Made by a program: the position numbers and the translations under genes | Shown: positions 24,286 through 39,282 of the stretch, piece after piece | Numbering within the stretch: the first letter of the stretch is position 1 | How the letters are laid out: each line of letters begins with the position of its first letter | Notes under the pieces: model-generated | Databases searched by the model: none | What the model was told of the DNA's origin: nothing | What the model saw: the letters and a program-made list of their open reading frames with translations, nothing else | Assembly: GCA_964016885.1 (NCBI GenBank) | Contig: OZ024761.1 | Location: 22,196,001-22,260,000 of the forward strand | Direction: 5' to 3' | Origin: Eledone cirrhosa | Lineage: Eukaryota | Length of the DNA stretch: 64,000 nt

Positions 24286-25620
24286 TTAACCCTTTCATTA
24301 CCATATTTCTAATGAAAGACACTGTCTATGTCATTAACCCTTTCATTACCATATTTCTAATGAAAGACACTGTCTATGTCATTAACCCTTTCATTACCAT
24401 ATTTCTAATGAAAGACACTGTCTATGTCATTAACCCTTTCATTACCATATATCTAATGAAAGACACTGTCTATGTCATTAACCCTTTCATTACCATATAT
24501 CTAATGAAAGACACTGTCTATGTCATTAACCCTTTCATTACCATATATCTAATGAAAGACACTGTCTATGTCATTAACTCTTCCATTACCATATTTCTAA
24601 TGAAAGACACTGTCTATGTCATTAACCCTTTCATTACCATATATCTAATGAAAGACACTGTCTATGTCATTAACTCTTCCATTACCATATTTCTAATGAA
24701 AGACACTGTCTATGTCATTAACCCTTTCATTACCATATATCTAATGAAACACACTGTCTATGTCATTAACCCTTTCATTACCATATATCTAATGAAAGAC
24801 ACTGTCTATGTCATTAACCCTTTCATTACCATATTTCTAATGAAAGACACTGTCTATGTCATTAACCCTTTCATTACCATATATCTAATGAAAGACACTG
24901 TCTATGTCATTAACCCTTTCATTACCATATATCTAATGAAAGACACTGTCTATGTCATTAACTCTTCCATTACCATATTTCTAATGAAAGACACTGTCTA
25001 TGTCATTAACCCTTTCATTACCATATATCTAATGAAAGACACTGTCTATGTCATTAACCCTTTCATTACCATATTTCTAATGAAAGACACTGTCTATGTC
25101 ATTAACCCTTTCATTACCATATTTCTAATGAAAGACACTGTCTATGTCATTAACCCTTTCATTACCATATATCTAATGAAAGACACTGTCTATGTCATTA
25201 ACCCTTTCATTACCATATTTCTAATGAAAGACACTGTCTATGTCATTAACCCTTTCATTACCATATTTCTAATGAAAGACACTGTCTATGTCATTAACCC
25301 TTTCATTACCATATTTCTAATGAAAGACACTGTCTATGTCATTAACCCTTTCATTACCATATTTCTAATGAAAGACACTGTCTATGTCATTAACCCTTTC
25401 ATTACCATATTTCTAATGAAAGACACTGTCTATGTCATTAACCCTTTCATTACCATATTTCTAATGAAAGACACTGTCTATGTCATTAACCCTTTCATTA
25501 CCATATTTCTAATGAAAGACACTGTCTATGTCATTAACCCTTTCATTACCATATTTCTAATGAAAGACACTACCTATGTCATTAATCCTCTCGATACTAT
25601 ATTTCTAATGAAAGACTGCC
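24286..25620 (+). repeat. 48-bp tandem array (about 27 copies) TTAACCCTTTCATTACCATATTTCTAATGAAAGACACTGTCTATGTCA
   Basis: Strict 48-bp period; embedded in diverged TTAACCCTTT-type element sequence (24192-24285, 25620-25780). Confidence 0.97.
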
Positions 25621-25877
25621 TCTGGCTTTCAAATAATTTTCAAATAATTATTACAAAAGATTTGTAATAATTAACTGTCTCTTAATTAATCTGGGTAATG
25701 AAACATATCTTAACCTTTTCATTAACATATTTTTAATGAAATAATTTCTAACATAATCAAGAATTTGAGGGATTAGGTAAGATCCATCCCTATCCAGTCT
25801 TTGGGGTGCTGTGGTTGTCCCAGACTCCGAGATAGGCATAAGATAACTTCCATTATTAAATTGCTGGGGGGGGGGGG

Positions 25878-26053
25878 GGTTGTATCGGTAGAGGGTCGGT
25901 TGCAATGCTTTGCAAGCATGGAGTTACGTCCCTTTACGATCTGAGTTCAAATCCCGTCGAGGTTAACTTTGCCTTTCATCCTTACAGGGGACGATAACAT
26001 AAAGTACCAGTAATGCACTGGGATAATTGCTGGCCTTGTGCCAAAAGTAGAAA
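25878..26053 (+). mobile_element. SINE family A
   Basis: B-box GAGTTCAAATCC plus the core and 3' part seen at 17626 and 45699. Confidence 0.85.
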
Positions 26054-26054
26054 T

Positions 26055-26355
26055 AATGACTTTCGTAGACATTTTTTCACGCTCAGAGTTGCTGAAGCAT
26101 GGAACAAACTGCCTGCGTCAGTTGTTAGCTGCTGGGACACTGCATCCTTTAAGACACTCATGCTTCCCGAAATTCACCAAAACTACACCTGATGTACCCC
26201 TTCCATACACATGCACACACACATGTGTATCATGACTCATGCTCTGTTCATTTTCCTGACGTCTGTACATTACCCTATGTACTATACATGCACTTTTTGA
26301 TGAGTTGTAGTGCACCTGAGCACTGTACACAATATTTCATTATTATTATTATTAT
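26055..26355 (+). mobile_element. CR1 LINE 3' fragment
   Basis: Reads DFRRHFFTLRVAEAWNKLPASVVSC...; has the 3' UTR and (ATT)n tail of the 17768 element. Confidence 0.88.
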
Positions 26356-26615
26356 TTCAATTATTAAATTGCTGTTCGGAACATAACATAAACAAATGTT
26401 CTTACATAAAATTATGTGAGTAAAGGTTTTTAGATAAATATAAACACTTAAATGTTTGTTACCAAATTTCTAATGTAATACACTGCACCTGGTTTTCAAA
26501 TAGTTTTGAAATAACCAAGAATTTGGAGGGATTTAGTTATATAAACAAATTTCTCCTTATTAAGATGGTTTTGGGAACATAACTTAACAAAGTCATGATG
26601 GATGGTTTTGATCCT
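26355..26615 (+). mobile_element. Diverged remnants of the element family that hosts the 48-bp array
   Basis: GTTACCAAATTTCTAATG...GGAACATAACTTAAC resembles 24200-24290 and 25600-25700. Confidence 0.5.
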
Positions 26616-27357
26616 GTGAGTCTGCAGGTGAAACTCTGTAATAAATGAATATATATTTATAGTTTTTGATATATGAGTCTAATCTGTGGTATGAAATTAC
26701 TATATGGGTCTAATCTGTGGTAGAGGAGGATGTAGTGGTAGAGGAGATGGTGGTGAAGGTGGTGGTAGTGGTGGTGGTGGGAGGGGTGAGGGGTGGGTGG
26801 GGGTGGGGGGGAGTATTTATGTATCTACACACACACACACACACCATATATCTACACACACACACACACCATATATCTACACACACACACACACCATCTA
26901 CCACAGCTCCAGATCTGTAGACAACAGCTCCAGTCAATTCTCTGACATGGTTCCATCTGGGATTTTAGGAATTGGTAAACATGGTTCTGGTTTGTCCTTT
27001 GATGTGTGACATTGTTGCAGTGATGGTGGTAGTAGTAGTGGTAGTGGTGGTGGTGGTGGTGGTGGTGGTGGTAGCGGTGGTAGTGATAGTATTGTGGTGA
27101 TGTTGGTGGTGATAGTAGGGTGGTGGTGGTGGTGGTGATAGTAGTAGTGGTGGTGGTGGTGGTGGTGGTGGTGGTGATAGTAGGGTGGTGATGTTGGTGG
27201 TGATAGTAGTAGTGGTGGTGGTGGTGGTGGTGGTGGTAGTGGTAGTAGTGGTGGTGGTGGTGGTAGTAGTAGTAGTAGTGGTGGTGGTGATAGTAGGGTG
27301 TTGGTGGTAGTAGTAGTAGTAGTGGTGGTGGTGGTAGTAGTGGTAGTGGTGTTGGTG

Positions 27358-27389
<32 letters not shown>

Positions 27390-27431
27390 GGTAGTAGTGG
27401 TGGTGGTGATAGTAGGGTGGTGGTGTTGATG

Positions 27432-27466
<35 letters not shown>

Positions 27467-27579
27467 GATAGTGGGGGGGGGGGGATACTTCTAAATTACC
27501 CAATAAAACAAAATTATATAAAAATGAAAAATAAAAGCAGAAAAAAAACGTTGAATAAACAAACATCTCAAATTATTAT

Positions 27580-28340
<761 letters not shown>

Positions 28341-28466
28341 TACACACATATACAAACATGCACACGAATACACCATTTAAAAAAAAAGGTGTACATGTGG
28401 TGAACCGGAAAGGAGGGGTAACACAAACCAATCCCTGGCACCTTTTCCCCACCCCTGACATACCCC

Positions 28467-28514
<48 letters not shown>

Positions 28515-28949
28515 TATAAATATGCAGTCTATGTATTTTTTATTTTTACTTTGTCTGCATGTGTGTCTGTGTTTAGTTGTGCATGTGTATATGTGTATGT
28601 ATGTGTACATATATGTATATGTGACCATATATGTGTATGTATGTGTACATCTATGTATATGTGAGCATATGTGTGTATGTATGTGTACATATATGTATAT
28701 GTGAGCATATCTGTGTATGTATGTGTACATCTATGTATATGTGAGCATATGTGTGTATGTATGTGTACATCTATGTATATGTGTATATATATATGTGTAT
28801 GTGTGTGTGTATATATATATGTATGTGTGTATATATGTGTATGTGTGTGTGTGCATATGAGGGGGGGGGGCAAGAGGTTTTTTTTATCTTTTCCAGTTAA
28901 AGAAAACCAGGTCTGTCAGCATTGAGTAGGTTTTTAGTTACAACATAAG

Positions 28950-29715
28950 GCCACCACCACCACCACTACCACCACCACTACCACCACCACCACCATCACC
29001 ACCACCACCACCACTACAGCCACCACCACTACAGCCACCACCACCACCATCACCACCACCACCACCGCCACCACTACAGCCACCACCACCACCACCACCA
29101 CCACCACTACCACTACAGCCACCACCACCACTACAGCCACCACCACCACCACCACCACTACAGCCACCACCACCACCACCACCACTACCACTACAGCCAC
29201 CACCACCACTACAGCCACCACCACCACCACCACCACTACAGCCACCACCACCACTACAGCCACCACCACCAGCACCACCACCACCACTACAGCCACCACC
29301 ACCACTACCACCACCACCACCACCACCACTACAGCCACCACCACCACTACCACCACCACCACCACCACTACAGCCACCACCACCACTACAGCCACCACCA
29401 CCACTACAGCCACCACCACCACCACCACCACCACTACCACCACCACCACCACCACCACCACTACAGCCACCACCACCACCACTACAGCCACCACCACCAC
29501 TACAGCCACCACCACCACCATCACCACAGCCACCACCACCACTACCACCACCACCACCACCACTACAGCCACCACCACCACCACTACAGCCACCACCACC
29601 ACTACAGCCACCACCACCACTACAGCCACCACCACCACCACAGCCACCACCACCACTACAGCCACCACCACCACTACCACCACCACCACTACAGCCACCA
29701 CCACCACCACCACAA
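28950..29715. repeat. (ACC)n with ACTACAGCC interruptions
   Basis: Direct inspection. Confidence 0.9.
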
Positions 29716-29774
29716 TTACTACCATCATCATCGCTAACACCATATATATATATGTGTATATATATATATATGTG

Positions 29775-29806
<32 letters not shown>

Positions 29807-30015
29807 TGTGTGTGTATATATATATATATGTGTGTGTATATATATATATATATGTGTATATATGTGTGTGTATAAGGAAAAAAGATGAAATCGAAAATGC
29901 AACTGGAGTCTTTTTTTTTTTTAAATATATATTTATTTGGTTCCTTTACCGGTTTCGCAGTTCTTCTGCTTTTCAAAAGTAGGGTTGAGATGGAGGGTCT
30001 GTGGTTTTTCACACA

Positions 30016-30090
<75 letters not shown>

Positions 30091-30250
30091 AGAAGTAGAC
30101 CATGAAAAACATGGGCGGAGGTGGTGAGAACAGACCTCAGATCACTGAAGCTCACGGTGGAGATGACGAAGGACTGTGACAAGTGGAGAGATGCTGCGCT
30201 GAATAGGATCCATCCCACCCTTGCAAGCAGGGAAAATGATGATGCTGATG
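30091..30250 (+). mobile_element. 3' end of a second RTE family
   Basis: Reads [30 protein letters not shown]...; ends CCCACCCTTGCAAGCAGGGAAAATGATGATG. Confidence 0.75.
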
Positions 30251-30339
30251 AGGATATATATAATAACATGTATAATATATATATATGTGTGTATATATAT
30301 ATATGTATATATACGCATGTATATATACACGTGTAATTT

Positions 30340-31900
30340 ATATGTATATATATACACATGTATATATATATATATACACATGTATATATATATATATACA
30401 CATGTATATATATATACACATGTATATATATATATATACACATGTATATATATATATATACACATGTATATATATATACACATGTATATATATATATATA
30501 CACATGTATATATATATATATACACATGTATATATATATACACATGTATATATATATATATACACATGTATATATATATATATACACATGTATATATATA
30601 TACACATGTATATATATATATATACACATGTATATATATATATATACACATGTATATATATATACACATGTATATATATATATATACACATGTATATATA
30701 TATATATACACATGTATATATATATACACATGTATATATATATATATATACACATGTATATATATACACATGTATATATATATATATACACATGTATATA
30801 TATACACATGTATATATATATGGTACAAGGTAGTCAGTGTGTTGACATAAGATCTAAAATTAACCAACTAATGTAATATGTATTTTATCTCCAACTCACA
30901 CAGTCCATAATATTGACCTCACCACCACCATAACCACCACCATCACCACCACCACCACCACCACCACCATCAATACCATCAATACCATCAATACCATCAC
31001 CACCACCATCACCACCACCATCAATACCATCACCACCACCACCATCATCACCACCACCATCACTACCATCACCACCATCATCACCACCACCACCACCATC
31101 ATCACCATCAATACCATCACTACCACCACCATCAATACCATCAATACCACCACCACCATCACTACCACCATCACCACCACCACCATCATCACCATCAATA
31201 CCATCACTACCACCACCACCATCATCACCATCAATACCATCAATACCATCACCACCACCATCACCACCACCATCAATACCATCAATACCATCAATACCAT
31301 CACCATCATCACCATCAATACCATCAATACCATCAATACCATCAATACCATCACCACCACCATCACCACCACCATCAATACCATCACCACCATCATCACC
31401 ACCACCATCACTACCATCACCACCACCATCACCACCACCACCACCATCATTACCACCACCACCATCATTACCACCATCACTACCACCACCACCATCATCA
31501 CCATCAATACCATCACTACCACCACCACCACTACCACCACCACCACCACCACCACTACCACCACCACCATCATCACCACCACCATCACTACCACCACCAC
31601 CATCACCACCACCATCACCACCACCATCAATACCATCACCACCACCATCACCACCATCAATACCATCACCACCACCACCACCACCACCACCATCAATACC
31701 ATCACCACCATCACTACCACCACCACCATCATCACCACCATCACTACCACCACCACCATCAATACCATCAATACCATCACCACCACCATCACCACCACCA
31801 TCAATACCATCACTACCACTACCATCACCACCACCACCACCACCATCAATACCATCACCACCACCACCATCAATACCATCACCACCACCACCACCGCCGT
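30340..31900. repeat. (TA)nCACATG array followed by an (ACC/ATC/AAT) triplet array
   Basis: Direct inspection; the two arrays span 30340-30820 and 30920-31900. Confidence 0.9.
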
Positions 31901-32096
31901 CATCCTTTAATCCACCTCATTAATATCCAATGTACAACTTAAATCTGAGATTACCCCCCCCCCCCCCCCACACACACACCAGGTAATCCCCTAATTGGTG
32001 TGACCTCATGAAATTATTACACATACATCGGAGTTTTTGAGGCCAACAACCGTGAACCGACCCGAGAATAGGTCGACTACATGTCTGTGTCATAGA

Positions 32097-32260
32097 TGTG
32101 GATTGGCAGAATCGGTAGAGCGTCAGACACCATGCTTCACTGCATAGAGTTACGGCCCTTTATGTTCTGAGTTCAACTCCTGCCGAGGTTAGCTTTGTCT
32201 TTCATCCTTAAGGAGGTGATAAAATAAGGTACCAGTAATGTCCTGGGGCCAATTTAATCA
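32097..32260 (+). mobile_element. SINE family A
   Basis: TGGCAGAATCGGTAG ... GAGTTCAACTCC ... TTTCATCCTT ... GATAAAATAAGGTACCAG. Confidence 0.8.
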
Positions 32261-32886
32261 AATCTCTACCTGATGTCTAGGACACTAACAACAGTTATGT
32301 ATCTACCTAAATGTTCTGAAGACTTGGATTTTAATCACCTGTTTAAACATTCCCTTTGCTCCAATGATTCCAGACTTCCTTCTGGAAGAAACAATTGTCA
32401 GCAAATAAATGTATTAAACTAAGATTTGATTGTTTTAACACTTTGTGTGTATATATATGTGTATATATATATATATCCGGGAGAGATGACCCCTTAGCCT
32501 TTGTCAAGGCAGAATTCTAGGAGAAGGAAAACTTTGATATAACACCTGCAACCCTGATGGTATCCAATGATGTTGACTTGTTCTTCTTTTTGGTAAATAT
32601 CATCTTGGTTAAGAGAGTGGGACTGGCTTTGTGCAGTGCCTTTGCTCACTATAAAAGCTTCACGGCACAGGCATTGCTTTATATCTGGAGATCTCTCTGC
32701 ACTTGTCGTCACATGGTACCATGGGCCCAGCACTATGTGTCAATAATGGTCACAAGTGTAGTGTTTGTACCAGAGTTTTTAAGTCGCTGGCTGGACTAAA
32801 AAGTCACACTCGTTCAGCGCATCGGTAGGAGTTCTCCTACATGGATATAAAGTAGTGGTGTACTCAAAAACGAGTTGGCAGCCACC

Positions 32887-32921
<35 letters not shown>

Positions 32922-33525
32922 ATATCAACGGATGCAAGGATGAGTACTCAATACTGAAGTAGAGTTTAACGATATTCATTAATATAGCTAAATAACGACC
33001 CTTGCTTGTTATTCTGGAGTTTCACCTGTTAAGGGTGTTGTCTGATAATCAGGGCCATAGTTTTAACCTTCAGCGCGCTCTAAAAGTGACCCCTTCCCAA
33101 TTTCTTTCGACCTGTTTAGAACAGCAGTCAGAGTAGGTCCCACTCAGGTCCCACTCTGGTCCTACTCAGCCTCCACTCAGCCCTGACAATCTTGGCGCTC
33201 TCACTCATCCTTTGTAAATGGAGAGGGGGGGGGGGTCTATTCTATTTGCTACAAGGGCATCAGATGAAGGGGACATTACAAAGACTAGTTATATATGATG
33301 ATGATGATGATGATGATAGTGGTAGTGGAGGGAGTTTACACAGAAATGAGAGGGGGGGAATGGGGGGAACAAGTGAACATAGTACAGAGGTTAAGTAAAT
33401 TGGAAGTAACCAGGACATACTGAATAGAGAGGAGGGGGAGGGGGGAGGAGGAACTAGAATCAAGGAAACCAAAATACCAAAGTAAAACTGAAGTCTGCTC
33501 GAAGAAGGAAGTGAAAGACACACAC

Positions 33526-33590
<65 letters not shown>

Positions 33591-33598
<8 letters not shown>

Positions 33599-33901
33599 TA
33601 TATCTACATTCTACTTTTCTTAAGTATATAAGACTAAGTTGTATAATGGTCTTAACTAGTAATCCCTCTCCCTCTCTCTCTTTATCTATCTATATGTGTA
33701 TATATAATATACACACACATATATATATACACACATACACACACATGTATATATGTGTGTTATAAATCAGGGTGGGGGAAGGTATGGGGAAGGGCTAATG
33801 TTTGACTAGCTGTGTCAGGTCTACAAGGAAAAAGCTTCCCATGTGTATATAATGTATGTATGTATATAATGTATATGTGTGTGTGTGTGTACCAGGGTAG
33901 T

Positions 33902-33956
<55 letters not shown>

Positions 33957-34363
33957 ACCAGGGTAGTTATATATATATATATATGTGTATGTATGTATGT
34001 ATACCAGGGTAGTTATATATATATGTGTGTGTATGTATGTATGTATACCAGGGTAGTTATATATATATGTGTGTGTGTGCGTGTGTGTGTATATACCAGG
34101 GTAGTTATATATATGTGTGTGTGTGTGTATGTATATATACCAGGGTAGTTATATATATATGTGTGTGTGTGTGTATGTATGTATACCAGGGTAGTTATAT
34201 ATATGTGTGTGTGTATATATACCAGGGTAGTTATGGAGGGTGACTGAAGGCCTTATAAGCTGTGTCTGGTGTCACAAGGAAAATGGTGTCACTAAACCAT
34301 AGAAACTGATATATCTGTGAGTAAAACATCACTCTCTCTCTATCCCACTCCCACTCACTCTGT

Positions 34364-34443
<80 letters not shown>

Positions 34444-34743
34444 ATGTGTGTCTCTATATATATGTGTATATGTATATATACCCTGGTATATATACATACA
34501 CACACATATATATAACTACCCTGGTATACATACATACACATATATATATATATATATAACTACCCTGGTATATACACACACACACACATATATATATAAC
34601 TACCCTGGTATATATACATACATACACACACATATATATAACTACCCTGGTATACATACATACACACACACATATATATATAACTACCCTGGTATATGTA
34701 CATACACACATATATATATATATATAACTACCCTGGTATATAT

Positions 34744-34778
<35 letters not shown>

Positions 34779-35049
34779 ACTACCCTGGTATATATACATA
34801 CATACACACACATATATATAACTACCCTGGTATACATACATACACATATATATATATATATATAACTACCCTGGTATATACACACACACACACATATATA
34901 TATAACTACCCTGGTATATATACATACATACACACACATATATATAACTACCCTGGTATACATACATACACACACACATATATATATAACTACCCTGGTA
35001 TATGTACATACACACATATATATATATATATAACTACCCTGGTATATAT

Positions 35050-35084
<35 letters not shown>

Positions 35085-35397
35085 ACTACCCTGGTATATA
35101 TACATACATACACACACATATATATAATTACCCTGGTATACATACATACATACACATATATATATATATATAACTACCCTGGTATATACACACACACATA
35201 TATATATATAACTACCCTGGTATATATACATACATACACACACATATATATAACTACCCTGGTATATATACATACATATACACACATATATATAACTACC
35301 CTGGTATACATACATACACACACATATATATATATATATAACTACTCTGGTATATGTACATACACACATATATATATATAACTACCCTGGTATACAT

Positions 35398-35430
<33 letters not shown>

Positions 35431-35489
35431 ACTACCCTGGTATATATACATACATACACACACATATATATAATTACCCTGGTATATAT

Positions 35490-35520
<31 letters not shown>

Positions 35521-35915
35521 ACTACCCTGGTATATATACATACACACACACACACATATATATATAACTACCCTGGTATATACACACACACACACATATA
35601 TAACTACCCTGGTATATACACACACACACATATACATTATATACATACATACATTATATACACATGGGAAGCTTTTTCCTTGTAGACCTGACACAGCTAG
35701 TCAAACATTAGCCCTTCCCCATACCTTCCCCCACCCTGATTTATAACACACATATATACATGTGTGTGTATGTGTGTATATATATATGTGTGTGTATATT
35801 ATATATACACATATAGATAGATAAAGAGAGAGAGGGAGAGGGATTACTAGTTAAGACCATTATACAACTTAGTCTTATATACTTAAGAAAAGTAGAATGT
35901 AGATATAATATAATA
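33591..35915. repeat. Large inverted duplication with TACCAGGGTAGTTAT arrays in both arms
   Basis: 33591-33890 is the reverse complement of about 35615-35915; arrays at 33890-34235 and 34480-35615 are in opposite orientation. Confidence 0.92.
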
Positions 35916-35983
35916 TATATATATATATATACATACATACAATGATATTAAATAAATGGAAACTATATTTATAAAACCATATT

Positions 35984-36048
35984 TATTTTATAATATATAT
36001 TTCAAGGGTAACCAAGACAACATTGGTGCGCTTTCATCAGATAAAATA
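35984..36048 (-). ncRNA. Candidate type-I hammerhead ribozyme
   Basis: UAUUUUAU-CUGAUGA-AAG(CGC)ACCAA..UUGGU(UACC)CUU-GAAA-U(AUAU)A-UU-AUAAAAUA: 8-bp stem I, stem II AAG/CUU plus ACCAA/UUGGU, palindromic loop III. Confidence 0.65.
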
Positions 36049-36229
36049 CAAAGTTTGTTTTATAAATAGTGACATACCCATGAAAATCATACCTTATCGG
36101 TTGGAAATTCACTGGATACATTTATTTAATATCATTGAATATTTACTCCGGTAACTTGTTGAGTGCTCTAAATCAGTTATAAACATTTATGTTTGTCGGA
36201 CTTCCAACAAATTAAATACCACTTCTACT

Positions 36230-36280
<51 letters not shown>

Positions 36281-36517
36281 CCCCAGAATATCTGGATTAC
36301 TTATTGACAATAGACCGGTGTGGGTAGGAAATATTTGAGGGTAGTTATAGCAGTACTCAATACAGGGTGGAAGGTGTTTACATGTGAAACACAAAAGATA
36401 TTTGTGTTGCTCAGGAGGGGTGATGTCTCTGAAAGCTTCAGTACTGGAGGAGATATAATTGTACCATACATAGCTTTAGTCTTCATACACACACTCACAC
36501 ACACACACTCACACACG

Positions 36518-36554
<37 letters not shown>

Positions 36555-36556
36555 GT

Positions 36557-37225
36557 CATCATCATCATCATCGTTTAACGTATATCTTCCATGTTAGCAT
36601 GGGTTAGAGGGTAATTGTCCCACTTGAGGCAAGATTGGTCGGGTGACCATGTCTCGCTTGTATAGGACTGTCTGGCAGGTTTTTACAGTGTGGACTGCGA
36701 GCCTTTTTACCGGGTCTCCTACATGACCACATTACAGTGTGGACTGGGACCCTTTTTACCGGGTCTCCTACATGACCACTTTACAGTGTGGATTGGGAGC
36801 CTTTTTACCGGGTCTCCTTCATGACCACATTACAGTGTGGACTGGGAGCCTTTTTACTGTGTCTCCTTCATGACCACATTACAGTGTGGACTGGGAGCCT
36901 TTTTATTGTGTCTCCTACATGACCACATTACAGTGTGGACTGGGAGTCTTTTTACTGTGTCTCCTACATGACCACATTACAGTGTGGACTGGGAGCCTTT
37001 TTACCGGGTCTCCTACATGACCACATTACAGTGTGGACTGGGAGCCTTTTTACTGTGTCTCCTACATGACCACATTACAGTGTGGACTGGGAGCCTTTTT
37101 ACTGTGTCTCCTACATGACCACATTACAGTGTGGACTGGGACCCTTTTTACCGGGTCTCCTACATGACCACATTACAGTGTGGACTGGGAGCCTTTTTAC
37201 TGTGTCTCTAAACCACCACATTACA
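36557..37225 (-). mobile_element. RTE 3' UTR fragment with an internal 49-bp tandem array (about 11 copies)
   Basis: The tail at 36557-36680 matches 19802-19930; the unit TTACAGTGTGGACTGGGAGCCTTTTTACYGKGTCTCCTACATGACCACA matches the UTR segment at 43567-43630. Confidence 0.88.
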
Positions 37226-37449
37226 ATATATATAAACCTTGCTGTATTGTAGTTATGTTATATATATAGCCGGGACCTTTGGTTGGTTTTCTTGGTGTCA
37301 CACTTCATAACTGTTGTTTACTCTGGACCTAATATTTTTAACTTTAGATCTATTGAGTGCTTTGTGGATTGCCTCAGACAAATCTAATATTACTTGTTGT
37401 ACTGCAGCTAAAGCTTTGATTGATACCTATTATATATATATATATAAAT

Positions 37450-37607
37450 CAGAATAGATGCAGTAAAAACCAGTTAGACCATAACTCTCCAGAGTACTCA
37501 ATACTTGGGGTAGTAGAGTGGGTAATGTGAAGGACTTGGGACCCCGACGGCTGAGCTCCTGCTGTTTCAACAGCTAGATCCAAACAGTTCGAATCGAGCT
37601 GTTTCCA
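37450..37607 (-). mobile_element. (TA)n-flanked Penelope-like terminal fragment
   Basis: Homologous to 12015-12150; contains the AGTACTCAATAC motif. Confidence 0.55.
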
Positions 37608-39282
37608 TATATATATATATAGTGAAGATGATGATGATGATGATGATGGTGATGATGGTGATGGTGGTGGTGGTGGTGGTGATGGTGGTGGTGGTGGTGG
37701 TGATGGTTGTGATGGTGGTGGTGGTGATGGTGATGATGGTGGTGGTGGTGGTGATGGTGATGATGGTGGTGGTGATGGTGGTGGTGATGATGGTGATGGT
37801 GAATGTGATGATGGTGGTGATGGTGGTGATGGTGATGGTGATGATGGTGATGGTGGTGGTGGTGATGATGGTGGTGGTGGTGGTGATGGTGATGGTGGTG
37901 GCAACAGTGTTTATTTTAATGACACAATCAGTGAATGTGTGGGAGGAAGAGGAAGAGAACACAATGTAGAGTGTAGGAGGGGGGGGGGGTATCACTGGGG
38001 CTGATTAGTTAAGAATAGGTTCACCCCCCCCCCCCCCACAGCACTGAGAGACTACACCACCACCACCACCACCACCACCACCTTCATACTACCATTACAC
38101 CACTACCATACCACCACCACACCACCACCACCCCTACACCACCACCATACCACCACCACCACACCACCTTCATACTACCACTACACCACTACCATACCAC
38201 CACTACACCACTACCACCACCATCATACCACCCCTACACCACCACCATACCACCACCACCACCACCACCTTCATACTACCACTACACCACCACCACACCA
38301 CCACCACCACCATCATACCACCCCTACACCACTACTATGCCACCACCACCACCACTACTATACCACCACCACCACCATCATACCACCACTATCACACCAC
38401 TACTACCACTGGTACAACACCACCACCACCACCATCATCATCATACCACCACCACATGTGCATGCATGTATGTACGTACATGTGTGTGTGCGCATGTATG
38501 TATATGTACGTGTGTATGTATGTGCATATGTGTTTATGCCAGTGTGTATATATATATGTACATGTGTGTGTATGTACATGTGTGTATATATATATATATA
38601 TGTACATGTGTGTGTATGTACATGTGTGTATATATATATATATATGTACATGTGTGTGTATGTACATGTGTGTATATATATATATGTACATGTGTGTGTA
38701 TGTACATGTGTGTATATATATATATATATATGTACATGTGTGTGTATGTACATGTGTGTATATATATATATATATGTACATGTGTGTGTATGTACATGTG
38801 TGTATATATATATATGTACATGTGTGTGTATGTACATGTGTGTATATATATATATATATATGTACATGTGTGTGTATGTACATGTGTGTATATATATATA
38901 TATATGTACATGTGTGTGTATGTACATGTGTGTATATATATATATATATGTACATGTGTGTGTATGTACATGTGTGTATATATATATATATATGTACATG
39001 TGTGTGTGTATGTGTATACATGTAGATGTATATATATATATATACACTATATATATACAGTATATATATACAGTATATATATACACTATATATATACAGT
39101 ATATATATACAGTATTCCTATCTAATAATTGTCTTTAAAATACAAGAAAGCAAAATGAAGATTTCAAAAATCTGCACTAAACAGCAGTAGAGTATTGCAT
39201 GTGACTAATACAGTGTGCAGTTGCATTTTAAAGTGCAACTGCACAGCTGTGCTCTCTCTCTATATATATATATATACACACA

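Noticed and set aside
24312-25667. 451-aa ORF of MKDTVYVINPFITIFL repeats
   Set aside because: A by-product of a stop-free 48-bp unit; no unique domain or splice evidence.
32557-32799. 80-aa non-repetitive ORF
   Set aside because: No recognisable domain or splice signals; probably part of an unclassified repeat.
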